Program-made: the position numbers and the translations under genes | Part shown: piece by piece, positions 28,687-37,979 of the stretch | How the letters are laid out: every line of letters starts with the position of its first letter | How positions within the stretch are numbered: the stretch's first letter is position 1 | Notes under the pieces: generated by a model | Told to the model about the DNA's origin: nothing | Seen by the model: only the letters and a program-made list of their open reading frames with translations | Databases searched by the model: none | Source: an uncultured Candidatus Saccharibacteria bacterium | Lineage (GTDB): Bacteria > Patescibacteriota > Minisyncoccia > Sungbacterales > JACQCQ01 | Direction of reading: 5' to 3' | DNA: 64,000 nt | NCBI GenBank assembly: GCA_964494945.1 | Contig: CAZBTX010000002.1 | Coordinates: 38,696 to 102,695, forward strand

Positions 28687-31600
28687 CTAGCGGATACCTA
28701 ACCAAAGCTTCTCGCCGCCCAAAGGCAGTTCGCGTTCCACGCGGAATTTGCGCTTGCCGCCAACAATAATTTTTACAGTATTGGTCTCCGTTTTTATCTG
28801 TTTTTGCCATTCGTTGATGACCGCGATGCCCTTCTCCGACCCGGCGCACTGAACAATTATTTTTTCCTTGGGCTTTAATCCTAAGTCACGGCGCAATTCC
28901 TGGATATTGCGAATTATCTCTCTGGCTATGCCTTCTCTTCTTAAAACTTCGGTAACGGCGGTATCCAACACCACCCCCACTTTTGACAATTTTTTATCAA
29001 TTACGATCTTTTTCACGTTAACTTCTTCCTGAATAAGGTCCAGTAATTCCGGGTATCGGCTTAATTCCAGCGTTTTGATCCTTAATTCTCCGAGCGGTTG
29101 GCGAACTTTGACACCGGCTGCGGCGCGCGCTTTCAAGGCATCGGCCGCAATACCGCGAACCGTACCCATTTTTTTCTCAAGTTCTAATTTTTGAAGTGCC
29201 CCATTGGGCTTAGGCCACAAAACCAAGTGCACGCTTTCTTCCGAGAGCTGGATTTTCTCTTTTAACCCTTGGTGAACGGCTTCGGCCGCGTACGGCACAA
29301 AAGGCGCCAAGACCAGAACCAGAGTTTTAAGCACTTCAGCCGCAACACCGGCCACTTCTTCCTTTTCCCGCTTATTTTTAGGTCTTTGGAAGCGGCGGCG
29401 CGACCTTCGCAAATACCAATTGGAAAAATCGTCAACGGTAAATGATTCTATAAGGCGCGCCGCTGAAACAATATCGTACTCGTCCAAATGCTCGGTGACG
29501 GCGCTAACAAGCTTAGCGAGGCGCGAAAGTATCCAGCGGTCCAGAAGCGAGGTGGAGGTTTGCCGCGGCTTTACGCGGCCTTCGGTATAGGTGTCAAAAA
29601 GCACGAAGGAATTCCAAAACGTCCCCAAAAATCCGCGGAGTTTGCCCAGTATGTCCTTCTCGTCAAATTTTTTAGGGTCGCCGGGAGCGTTCACGGTGTA
29701 AAAATACCAGCGAATGGCGTCCGCTCCGTATTTTTCTATCATCTCCCAGGGATTTACCGCGTTGCCTTTGGACTTGGACATTTTCTGACCGTTCTTGTCC
29801 AAGACATGCCCCAGAGAAATCACGTTCTTGTAAGGAACGCCCTTGCCGAGCAGAGTTGACTCCGCCAGCAACGTGTAAAACCAGCCTCGGGTCTGGTCCA
29901 CCGCTTCGCAAATATAATCGGCCGGGAAGAATTTTTTCTTATCAACCAAATCCTTGTTCTCAAAAGGATAGTGGCTCTGGGCGAAAGGCATGGCGCCGGA
30001 GTCAAACCAAACGTCCGCCACTTCAGGCACCCTCGTTTTGATACCACCGCACGAACATCTGACCTTCAGCTCATCAACGTAAGGGCGGTGCAGGTCCACT
30101 TCACCCTTGGCGTTTAACGGCAGGGGTTTTGGTTCATATATCTCATACTCCGCCGGCGCCAAATATTCGCCGTGCGGCTGTTTCCACTGCGCCATCATTT
30201 CCCCCTCGGTCAGTCCTTTCATCATGGCAAGCATCATCCAAGCGGGATCGGCGTGCGTAACTATCAAGATGGTTTGGCCGCGATATTTTTTCTCCGTCTC
30301 GCGAAAAAAATCTTCCAAGCGGACTCTTACATCCAGAAGCGACTCCCCGCCCTCGGGGGACTTAGAGAGTTTATCGCGCGGCGTTCTGAATAATTTGCGG
30401 TAAGCGGCGGCCGATTCTCCGTTCATAACACCCGCCCTGATCTCGCGGAGGCGCGGGTCAAAATTGATACTTAACCCGCCTAAAACTTCCGACACGATCT
30501 CGGCCGTTTCTTTGGTGCGAGTAAGGTCGGATGCGAAAATATGACTTATATTCTCGCCTTTAAGATAATACGCGGCCTCGCGGGTAGCGTGCTTGCCCCT
30601 CTCTGTTAAACTAAACGGCGTGGCTTCGGGCCAGGAAACCACGATTTGTTTCATGATATTTTCCGATTCGCCGTGCCGCATCAAAATATACCGGTTCCCC
30701 GAGCTCATGGCCCGCTCCGAAAGCTCACTCACAGAGGAAACGACGAGTATATCGCCGCAGGCGTTGCACTTCCAAATAGGGAGCGTTGTGCCCCAATATC
30801 GTTCCCGGGAAAAAGCCCAGTCCTTTTCTTCTTTCAGCCATTCGCCGAATCGGCCGCGTTTTAAATGCGCGGGCACCCAATTTATCGTCTCGTTATTTTT
30901 TAAAAGCTCCTTGCGAACGGCGTTAACCCTCACCCACCAGGACGACCGAGCGTAATACAAAATCGGCGTTTCGCATCTCCAGCAAAAAGGATATTCGTGC
31001 TCGTAGGCCTCTTCACGGAACAATGAGCCGGCGCGCTGCAAATGCTGCAGTATCAAAAGCTCCGTTTCCTTGGCTTTGACGTATTTGCCGGCGAGTCCGT
31101 CGCCGAGAGCGCCGATGAATTTACCGGCATCGGTCACGGTATGCACGGTCGGGAGCCCGTAGCGCTTGCCTAATTTATAATCATCGTCGCCGTACATAAC
31201 GGCCGTATGCACAATACCCGATCCCTCATCGGACTTAACAAAGTCGGCCTCGTAAATTTTGTAAGAATTCGCGGAAACCAGCTCCGGCACGTCAAAAAGC
31301 GGCTGATATGAAAGTCCAATGAGTTCCCGGCCGGAGAACGGCACGCTGGCCTTAGAGTCCTTAGGCAGTACCCCGCGTTTCAAAAGCAATGGGAAATTTT
31401 CCTGGCCCACGACGACCCAGTTGCCCTTTTTTTCCGGGTCCGGAACTCTTACGTACTGCATGGACGGAGAGACCGCAAGCGCCAAATTCCCCGGCAAGGT
31501 CCAGGGAGTTGTGGTCCAGGAAAGCAGGGCTACATTTTTCCATCTGGGGTCCTGGCTGGTTAATTTAAACCGGATGTAAACCGAAGCGTCCACGATGGAT

Positions 31601-32340
31601 TTGTACCCCAGCGCCACCTCGTGCGACGAAAGCCCGGTGCCGCATCTGGTGCACCACGGCAAAACCTTGAAATCCTGGTACAGGAGATCTTTCTTCCAGA
31701 ATTCGGAAATTATCCACCACAGCGTTTCCATGTAAGAACGCTCATAAGTGATGTAAGGATTTTTTTCGTCCAGCCAAAAAGCGATGCGTTCCGTCAGTTT
31801 TTGAAATTCCTGGACGTACTGCCATACCGATTCGCGGCATTTTTCGTTAAATTGCCGAATGCCGAATTTTTCAATGTCTTGTTTGGTTTTGAATCCCAGC
31901 GCTTTTTCCACTTGAATTTCTACGGGCAGTCCATGCGTGTCCCAGCCGGCTCTTCTTGGCACATAATACCCCCGCATGGATTTGTACCGCGGGATGATGT
32001 CTTTAAAAACTCTGGCCTCCACGTGATGGAATCCGGGTGCGGCGTTGGCCGTTGGCGGACCTTCGTAAAACACGAAGGTCTTGCCACGTTTCCTGGATTC
32101 CAATGATTTTTCAAAAATGCGTTTTTCTTTCCAAAATTTTAAGGTCTTTTCTTCTCTTGCGACAACTTCCGATTTAGGGGCCTCGGGAGCGGGCGGAGAC
32201 GAAAAAACTGCGCCGGACACGGTGTTAAGTGCGTTCCTAAAATGCTTTTTAGCTGATTTGCCTTTCTCCGTCGGCATAGCGGTCGCTCGATAGCTTTTTG
32301 GAAAACGCATGAAATCCCAGCGAGATTTCGTACTCACCAC
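28687..32340 (-). CDS. ileS: isoleucyl-tRNA synthetase (type 2) with inserted histidine-phosphatase (PGAM-like) domain
   Basis: PPTANAAPGFHH (HIGH), GWDTHGLPVE, CWRCETP zinc site and KMSKSKGN are present. About 190 aa containing RHGESEN...VTHADP sit between the CNACG and the DLHRPY core segments. The true start may be M22 at 32277. Confidence 0.8.
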   Translation of the reverse strand: MVSTKSRWDFMRFPKSYRATAMPTEKGKSAKKHFRNALNTVSGAVFSSPPAPEAPKSEVVAREEKTLKFWKEKRIFEKSLESRKRGKTFVFYEGPPTANAAPGFHHVEARVFKDIIPRYKSMRGYYVPRRAGWDTHGLPVEIQVEKALGFKTKQDIEKFGIRQFNEKCRESVWQYVQEFQKLTERIAFWLDEKNPYITYERSYMETLWWIISEFWKKDLLYQDFKVLPWCTRCGTGLSSHEVALGYKSIVDASVYIRFKLTSQDPRWKNVALLSWTTTPWTLPGNLALAVSPSMQYVRVPDPEKKGNWVVVGQENFPLLLKRGVLPKDSKASVPFSGRELIGLSYQPLFDVPELVSANSYKIYEADFVKSDEGSGIVHTAVMYGDDDYKLGKRYGLPTVHTVTDAGKFIGALGDGLAGKYVKAKETELLILQHLQRAGSLFREEAYEHEYPFCWRCETPILYYARSSWWVRVNAVRKELLKNNETINWVPAHLKRGRFGEWLKEEKDWAFSRERYWGTTLPIWKCNACGDILVVSSVSELSERAMSSGNRYILMRHGESENIMKQIVVSWPEATPFSLTERGKHATREAAYYLKGENISHIFASDLTRTKETAEIVSEVLGGLSINFDPRLREIRAGVMNGESAAAYRKLFRTPRDKLSKSPEGGESLLDVRVRLEDFFRETEKKYRGQTILIVTHADPAWMMLAMMKGLTEGEMMAQWKQPHGEYLAPAEYEIYEPKPLPLNAKGEVDLHRPYVDELKVRCSCGGIKTRVPEVADVWFDSGAMPFAQSHYPFENKDLVDKKKFFPADYICEAVDQTRGWFYTLLAESTLLGKGVPYKNVISLGHVLDKNGQKMSKSKGNAVNPWEMIEKYGADAIRWYFYTVNAPGDPKKFDEKDILGKLRGFLGTFWNSFVLFDTYTEGRVKPRQTSTSLLDRWILSRLAKLVSAVTEHLDEYDIVSAARLIESFTVDDFSNWYLRRSRRRFQRPKNKREKEEVAGVAAEVLKTLVLVLAPFVPYAAEAVHQGLKEKIQLSEESVHLVLWPKPNGALQKLELEKKMGTVRGIAADALKARAAAGVKVRQPLGELRIKTLELSRYPELLDLIQEEVNVKKIVIDKKLSKVGVVLDTAVTEVLRREGIAREIIRNIQELRRDLGLKPKEKIIVQCAGSEKGIAVINEWQKQIKTETNTVKIIVGGKRKFRVERELPLGGEKLWLGIR

Positions 32341-32575
32341 TCTCCTCGCCGTCCCTCGATAAACTCGGAGACCATGCCGACTCGTCGAGTGAGTGTTTCC
32401 ACAAAAGCTATCTTCGCTAGAGTGTTTTCTTAAGGTAGGCCTAAAAGGCCTTTTATTGAGTACCTTATCCTAACGGAAAAAAGATGAAAATGGAAGAGTC
32501 CCCTCGCTTCCCCTTGTTAAATAGCCGTCAACGTGGCACATTAAGGCAAATCCAGCTTCTGGAAGGAGGGAAAGA

Positions 32576-32908
32576 ATGGGCTTTCGAATGGAGATGAAAC
32601 GCGATGCAGTGAGAGGCGACGAGGTGCGCTTGAGCGAGTTCTCCGGGCCGGCTCATGTGATTCTGGAGGGAGCCGTCGTGGGTGGCGAAAGGGCCACGAT
32701 CGAGGTCAAGGCCGAGGGAGGAGGATTCCTTCTCACGCTAGCGAGGAAGCTCGAGGACGGCCGTGAGCAGAAACCTTTCATGGTCGGGGTTACAACTACG
32801 GGCCAGCTGGTGGTTGTGCATCCCGGCACCGGGTTCGTTGCGGACAGGTGCTGCCCGGACGTCTGGAGGACCAACCAGCCGACCTTTGCGGATGCGAAGA
32901 CGGCCTAG
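32576..32908 (+). CDS. hypothetical protein (GC-rich island)
   Basis: AGGAGG Shine-Dalgarno 7 nt upstream. Its own terminator follows. Confidence 0.45.
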   Translation: MGFRMEMKRDAVRGDEVRLSEFSGPAHVILEGAVVGGERATIEVKAEGGGFLLTLARKLEDGREQKPFMVGVTTTGQLVVVHPGTGFVADRCCPDVWRTNQPTFADAKTA

Positions 32909-32920
32909 GCCCGCTGTGGC

Positions 32921-32953
32921 GGGGGCGTCAGAGACGCCCCCGCCGTTTTTCTT
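32921..32953 (+). terminator. rho-independent terminator
   Basis: Stem gggggcgtc/gacgccccc with a T-run (gccgttttt). Confidence 0.6.
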
Positions 32954-33131
32954 CTTTAAAGCCCAACGGGCTACCTTGAGCAAATCTTAAGCGAAGATAG
33001 CTTTTCTGGAAACGCTGAGCGACGAGGCGGCATGGTTCACCGAGTTTTATGAGGTGACGCCGAGGAGCGACGCGAGTTTCAAATTCTCGCTGGGAATTTG
33101 AGACGTTTTCCAAAAAGCCATCGAGCGTCCG

Positions 33132-34748
33132 CTACATCTCCTCCGGCGCTGACATCCCCAAAAGCCAAAGTGCACGCTTTAAGACGATTTGAGTCGCAAC
33201 AGCTAAACTAGTACGAGCTTCTTTTATATTATCTTCCGCGTCTAAAATCCGGTTCTTTTCGTAAAAAACGTGAAAAGCGTTGGCCAATTCGTAAACATAA
33301 TGCACCAAACGAGATATACGATAATCGCCAGCAATATCTTCCAATATTTCTGGAAAACGAACTAACTTAGATATCAGCGTTTTCTCGGAATCCGAAGAAA
33401 GCAGTGAAAAATCAAATTTATCCGGCATTACTGCTCCCTTCCTGAAAATGCTGGCAATACGCGCGTGAGCGTATTGCACGTAATAAACCGGGTTTTCTTT
33501 AGAATGTTTTTTCGCAAGCGCTATATCAAAATCAATGTGCGTTTCCGGATTTTTTTCAAGAAAGAAATAGCGAACCGCGTCCAGCCCAACTTCGTCAATC
33601 AATTCATCAATGGTCACGTACACTCCTTTTCGTTTTGACATCCTGCGTTCCACTCCGCCTTCCATCAAACGCACGAGCTGCATGATGACAACCTCGGATT
33701 TTAAGAGCCCAACAATCTGGGCAACGGCCTGAATGCGGCCGATATAGCCGTGGTGATCGGCTCCCAGAATTAAAATCTTTCGGTCAAAACCGCGCTCCTT
33801 GGTTTCCAAATAGTGACCGCCGTCAGCTAAAAGATAAGTGAGGAACCCGTCAGAGGTAACCAGAACACGGTCTTTATCATCGCCAAAATCAGTTGTTTTC
33901 AACCACTGCGCATTCTCGTTTTCATACACCAGCCCATTTGATTTCGCGAGCTCCAGAAACCGCCCAACGTATCCGGCTTTGTGCAAATTAGTATCTTCCG
34001 AGGTCCAGCGATCAAATTTAATTTTCATTTTTTCTTCAACAGCCGGCTGGATCATAGTGCGCAAAAAGTCAGCGGCCACTTTTTTACCAAGCGCTTCCGG
34101 GTCGTCTTTCAGGGTTACACACTCGTCTTTATGTTCCCCAGCCCATTCTGAAATATGCTCGCCCCTGTAATATTCTTCGCTATCGGGGACTAGACCGGTC
34201 GAAGCTAAAATTGCTAATCCCAGCGTTCGCACTTGATTTCCGGCATCGTTAATATAGTATTCGCGTTCAACTTCATATCCTCGCGTTTCTAAAACTTTAG
34301 AAAGCACATCGCCAAAGAATCCGCCGCGGCCGTTAGCGAGTGTTAAGGGGCCGGTGGGGTTGGCAGAGATGAATTCTACCTGGATTTTTTCCGAGCTGGT
34401 TCTTTGATTCCCGTAATTCTCCCCACTCCCCAAAATTTCATGGAAAGCTGATTCTTTGGCCTTGCTGGTCAAGGTAATATTCAAAAATCCCGGGGCGGCT
34501 ACTTCAACTTTTTCAATCAAATCGTCTAGCAATTTTCCTTTCAGCGCCGCGGCCAACTTCATGGGATTTTCTTTCCTATCTTTGGCCAAAACTAAAGGCA
34601 AATTCGTGGCGTAGTCCCCGTATTCGGGCCTGGGCGGTTCGGACAGCGAAAACTGAATATCGTCGCCGATGCCCGCAATTTTCTTTAATATATTCCTAAG
34701 TTTTTCCCGCATTGGCTTCAGTTTACCCCCACACCAAAAATTCCCCAA
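33132..34748 (-). CDS. argS: arginyl-tRNA synthetase
   Basis: Class I core with EYYINDAGNQV and a C-terminal DALR anticodon-binding domain. Confidence 0.8.
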   Translation of the reverse strand: MGNFWCGGKLKPMREKLRNILKKIAGIGDDIQFSLSEPPRPEYGDYATNLPLVLAKDRKENPMKLAAALKGKLLDDLIEKVEVAAPGFLNITLTSKAKESAFHEILGSGENYGNQRTSSEKIQVEFISANPTGPLTLANGRGGFFGDVLSKVLETRGYEVEREYYINDAGNQVRTLGLAILASTGLVPDSEEYYRGEHISEWAGEHKDECVTLKDDPEALGKKVAADFLRTMIQPAVEEKMKIKFDRWTSEDTNLHKAGYVGRFLELAKSNGLVYENENAQWLKTTDFGDDKDRVLVTSDGFLTYLLADGGHYLETKERGFDRKILILGADHHGYIGRIQAVAQIVGLLKSEVVIMQLVRLMEGGVERRMSKRKGVYVTIDELIDEVGLDAVRYFFLEKNPETHIDFDIALAKKHSKENPVYYVQYAHARIASIFRKGAVMPDKFDFSLLSSDSEKTLISKLVRFPEILEDIAGDYRISRLVHYVYELANAFHVFYEKNRILDAEDNIKEARTSLAVATQIVLKRALWLLGMSAPEEM

Positions 34749-34908
34749 ATATAACGGCGGCGTCCTAAATTAGCTATTTATAATTTGTTCATAGAAAAAG
34801 AATCTGCCGCAATCTCTTTGCGGTAGTATGGGAATAAACTGGAACTTTACCCCAAAACAAAAGGGCGCCGCGTGCGTCCGCGGGCGCCCCGAGCCGACTG
34901 TCTGATAT

Positions 34909-35286
34909 TCACTTGGGGATTGAGTAGATTGCCCAGCCGACAGCGACAACTACACCCAGAACCGCGAGAACCAACACTCCGGCTAACACCCGCAAACACC
35001 ACGCCTTCGTCCAGCCAGTCAAGCATTGTATCTCGTCTATGTCCCCCTCAACCTCCGGGTGCGGGTTTCCGGCCAATACCTTGTCCTGGTCTCCGGTCAT
35101 GAGTCCTTCTCCTTTCTTCGGTAAACCGAGTTCTAACTGTTGGCGCGCCTTTTCTCGTTTTATCAGGTACTGGCTTTTTTCTTCACCAGAGACAAAACGT
35201 TTCCAGCGATGGATGATGCGTTCACTGACCCCGAATAGAATCACTCTGACTAAGAAGACCCAGGCCGTGAATCGGTTCTTGAACAC
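34909..35286 (-). CDS. hypothetical protein with C-terminal TM helix (GC-rich)
   Basis: ORF only. Weak support. Confidence 0.25.
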   Translation of the reverse strand: MFKNRFTAWVFLVRVILFGVSERIIHRWKRFVSGEEKSQYLIKREKARQQLELGLPKKGEGLMTGDQDKVLAGNPHPEVEGDIDEIQCLTGWTKAWCLRVLAGVLVLAVLGVVVAVGWAIYSIPK

Positions 35287-35372
35287 CCGGGACCTCCTTC
35301 TCGTGAAATTGGCTCACTAACTTACTTAAGGAAGGGTTAGCGAAACTAGGACGTGTTAAAGTTAAAGGTAGC

Positions 35373-35819
35373 ATGGAGCCCTACGCCGTCAATAGAAAAG
35401 CGTCTTTTGACTATGAGATCCTGGAGACATACGAGGCGGGCATTGAGCTTTTGGGATTTGAGGTGAAAGCCGTACGAGCCGGGCACGTAAATCTTGCCGG
35501 CGGTTTTGTAATCCCGAGGGGACACGAGCTTTGGCTCACCAACGTTTCCATACGCGCTTATCAGCCGCAAAATACCCCGCGAGGATATGATCCAGAGCGC
35601 CCTAGGCGGCTTTTACTGCATAAATCAGAGATCGCGACCTTAATTGGGAAGTCCCGAGAAGCCCGCTTGACCCTAATTCCCCTCCGTGTATATAGTAAAG
35701 ACCGGCGGATAAAGGTTCTCGTGGGCATTGCCAGAAAGAAACGTAAAGAAGACAAACGCGAAGCCATTCGCCGTCGGGACACGGAAAGAGAAGTGCGGAG
35801 AACTTTGTCCGACAAATAA
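35373..35819 (+). CDS. smpB: SsrA-binding protein SmpB
   Basis: The conserved SmpB sequence is recognisable throughout. Lies immediately upstream of the tmRNA. Confidence 0.85.
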   Translation: MEPYAVNRKASFDYEILETYEAGIELLGFEVKAVRAGHVNLAGGFVIPRGHELWLTNVSIRAYQPQNTPRGYDPERPRRLLLHKSEIATLIGKSREARLTLIPLRVYSKDRRIKVLVGIARKKRKEDKREAIRRRDTEREVRRTLSDK

Positions 35820-35877
35820 CCAATAACTAATAACCGCGTGCTATTTATTATTTGCTATTAGTTATTCGTAGAAACAC

Positions 35878-36310
35878 GGGAGCGCACTGATTCGACAGGT
35901 CATTTACATCAAGAAGAATTCAGATCGAGATGCCGAGCAACTCTCGCCTTGCCCTTCCGAATCTGTCATTTGACGGAGAATGAGGGTAAAAGAAATCTCG
36001 GCAAAACAAATACGTGCAAACGTATTCAAATTCAATGGCGCTTTTGCGCCCGCTATGGCGTAAGCCGTAGTTGCTTTCTCCGAAAAGAACTTCGGAGCAT
36101 CGGCCCGTACTCGCCCCTAGGCGGATTGCCGGTGTCATTTGGGGCTTGATTGCACTAACTCCGGTATGTGTGACGACAATTGCCGGAAACAGTCATGGGA
36201 TATTTTGCCGAATTTCAGAACCCATGAGTGAAATTAAATTCGGATATATCTGTAAATTATTTTTCTTGATGCTGACCTGGACGCGGGCTCATTACCCGCC
36301 GCTTCCACCC
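35878..36310 (+). ncRNA. ssrA: tmRNA (ssrA)
   Basis: 5' GGGAGCGCACUGAUUCGACAGG matches the tmRNA 5' consensus. The 3' end GGACGCGGGCUCAUUACCCGCCGCUUCCACC gives a T arm plus an acceptor that pairs with the 5' end. Putative tag ORF GCA AAC ... UAA at 36017-36064 encodes ANVFKFNGAFAPAMA. Confidence 0.75.
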
Positions 36311-36403
36311 CGTTAGTTCCTGGTGCTTAGTATCTAGTGCCTAGGAAGACAAAACGGCGTCAAAACTAGGTACTAAGAACTAGGGACTAGGCACTCCAAA
36401 AAT

Positions 36404-36910
36404 ATCCAAAAACGTTACCGCACAAATGAATACATAAGAGCCCCGGAACTTCGCGTCATTACCGATGACGGAAAGAATTTGGGCGTGTTAACGCTTGCCG
36501 AAGCGCTGGCCAAAGCCCGTGAACTCGGCGAGGACCTGATTGAAATAGCTCCAACCGCCAATCCACCCGTAGCCAAAATAATGGATTTTGGGAAATTCAA
36601 ATATGAACAGGAGCGTTCGGAGCGCGAACATAAACCAAAAAAGAGCGGCGGCGAAGTAAAATCAATACGCATCGGATTTAAGACGGGAAAGCATGACTTG
36701 GAGGTAAGGGCTCTGCAAGCCAAGAAATTCTTGGAGCGCGGCGATATGGTGAATGTGCTTTTGGCACTTAGGGGACGGGAAAAGGCGCACCGCGACTTGG
36801 CGGAGAGGAAGTTCCATGAGTTCTTGAAATTAATCCCGATTGATATTACACTCGACGGGGTCCCCAGGCGCATTCCGCAGGGTGTGACGGGAATGATAAG
36901 AAAGGCCTGA
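36404..36910 (+). CDS. infC: translation initiation factor IF-3 with non-AUG start
   Basis: The conserved IF-3 N-terminus RTNEYIRAPELRVI lies in frame upstream of the ORF-track TTG at 36479. The only candidate starts are near-cognate (ATC at 36404), consistent with infC autoregulation. Confidence 0.65.
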   Translation: MQKRYRTNEYIRAPELRVITDDGKNLGVLTLAEALAKARELGEDLIEIAPTANPPVAKIMDFGKFKYEQERSEREHKPKKSGGEVKSIRIGFKTGKHDLEVRALQAKKFLERGDMVNVLLALRGREKAHRDLAERKFHEFLKLIPIDITLDGVPRRIPQGVTGMIRKA

Positions 36911-36959
36911 CAGCGGCGAATGGCGATTAGCGAATGGTGAATAGGGGGTAAAAAAATCC

Positions 36960-37148
36960 GTGTTAAAAACCAGAAAATCCATAACCAAACGCATAAAAAT
37001 TACCTCTTCCGGGAAACTGCTCCGGCGGGTTTCGCGCAAGAATCATTTTAACGCCAAAGAGCGTCGTGCCACCCAGCTCCGCGGCAAGGGCGAACGAGCA
37101 ATTTACGGCGTATATGAACGAGAAATTCGCGCCGGTTTACACAACTAA
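36960..37148 (+). CDS. rpmI: 50S ribosomal protein L35
   Basis: GTG start. Basic 62-aa protein MLKTRKSITKRIK. Confidence 0.65.
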   Translation: MLKTRKSITKRIKITSSGKLLRRVSRKNHFNAKERRATQLRGKGERAIYGVYEREIRAGLHN

Positions 37149-37200
37149 GCTGCTAGTGCCTAGTTCCTAGTTCCTGGTGCCTAGTACTTGATACTCTTCT

Positions 37201-37554
37201 ATGAATTCTTATAAAGAACTGACGGTATGGCAAAAGTCAATGGAGTTAGTTCGTGTAATCTATCTTGCGACAGGGATATTCCCCAAATCTGAGATGTTCG
37301 GACTAACTTCACAAATGCGGCGAGCTGCCATCTCAATCCCATCAAACATTGCTGAGGGATTTAACCGGAGGCATAGAAAAGAGTTCGCGCAATTTTTATC
37401 AATAGCTTATGGGTCCGGCGCGGAATTAGAAACGCAGGTAGAGTTAGCGAAATCGCTACGGTTCATAAAAGAGCGTGGGTTTGAAAAATGTGATGCATTG
37501 TTACAAGAAGTTATGAAGATGCTGAATAAACTTATAGCTAACCTAAGACGATAA
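37201..37554 (+). CDS. four-helix-bundle protein (23S rRNA intervening-sequence protein / Avd-like family)
   Basis: LTVWQKS...FPKSEMFGLTSQMRRAAISIPSNIAEG matches the TIGR02436-type family. Confidence 0.6.
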   Translation: MNSYKELTVWQKSMELVRVIYLATGIFPKSEMFGLTSQMRRAAISIPSNIAEGFNRRHRKEFAQFLSIAYGSGAELETQVELAKSLRFIKERGFEKCDALLQEVMKMLNKLIANLRR

Positions 37555-37595
37555 TTTACGCTAGGGACTAGGAACTAGTCGCTAAGAACTAAACT

Positions 37596-37940
37596 ATGAC
37601 TCGAGTCAAAGGCGGCGTACACGCCCTGAAAAAAAGAAGGAAGACCCTAAAATATGCCAAGGGGTATCTTTGGGGCAGAAAATCCAAAGAGCGCCAAGCG
37701 CGGGAAGCACTTCTGCACGCCTGGGTTTACGCTTTCCAGCACCGCAAAAAGAAAAAAGGCGAATTTAGAGCGCTCTGGAACACCAAAATATCCGGGGCCT
37801 TAAGCGGACAGGGTTTCTCCTACAGCAAGTTCATAAACGCCTTAAATCAGAAGAAAATCGGCTTGAACAGAAAAATGCTGGCAACCATCGCCGAACAACA
37901 TCCGAAAGTGTTTGAAAAAATTGTGGCGGAAGTCAAATAA
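37596..37940 (+). CDS. rplT: 50S ribosomal protein L20
   Basis: The conserved L20 sequence is recognisable throughout. Confidence 0.85.
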   Translation: MTRVKGGVHALKKRRKTLKYAKGYLWGRKSKERQAREALLHAWVYAFQHRKKKKGEFRALWNTKISGALSGQGFSYSKFINALNQKKIGLNRKMLATIAEQHPKVFEKIVAEVK

Positions 37941-37947
37941 AAAAGTT

Positions 37948-37979
37948 GAGCCGCCCCTCGCGGGGCGGCTCATCGTTTC
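37948..37979 (+). terminator. terminator after rplT
   Basis: 10-bp stem gagccgcccc/ggggcggctc. Confidence 0.5.

Noticed and set aside
32278-32430. T-box leader in front of ileS
   Set aside because: AGUGGUGAGUACG only loosely resembles the T-box GGGUGGNACCGCG. No specifier/antiterminator architecture could be built.
37201-37554. Diversity-generating retroelement (DGR) around the four-helix-bundle gene
   Set aside because: No reverse transcriptase ORF (no YxDD motif) and no obvious template/variable repeat pair in the window.
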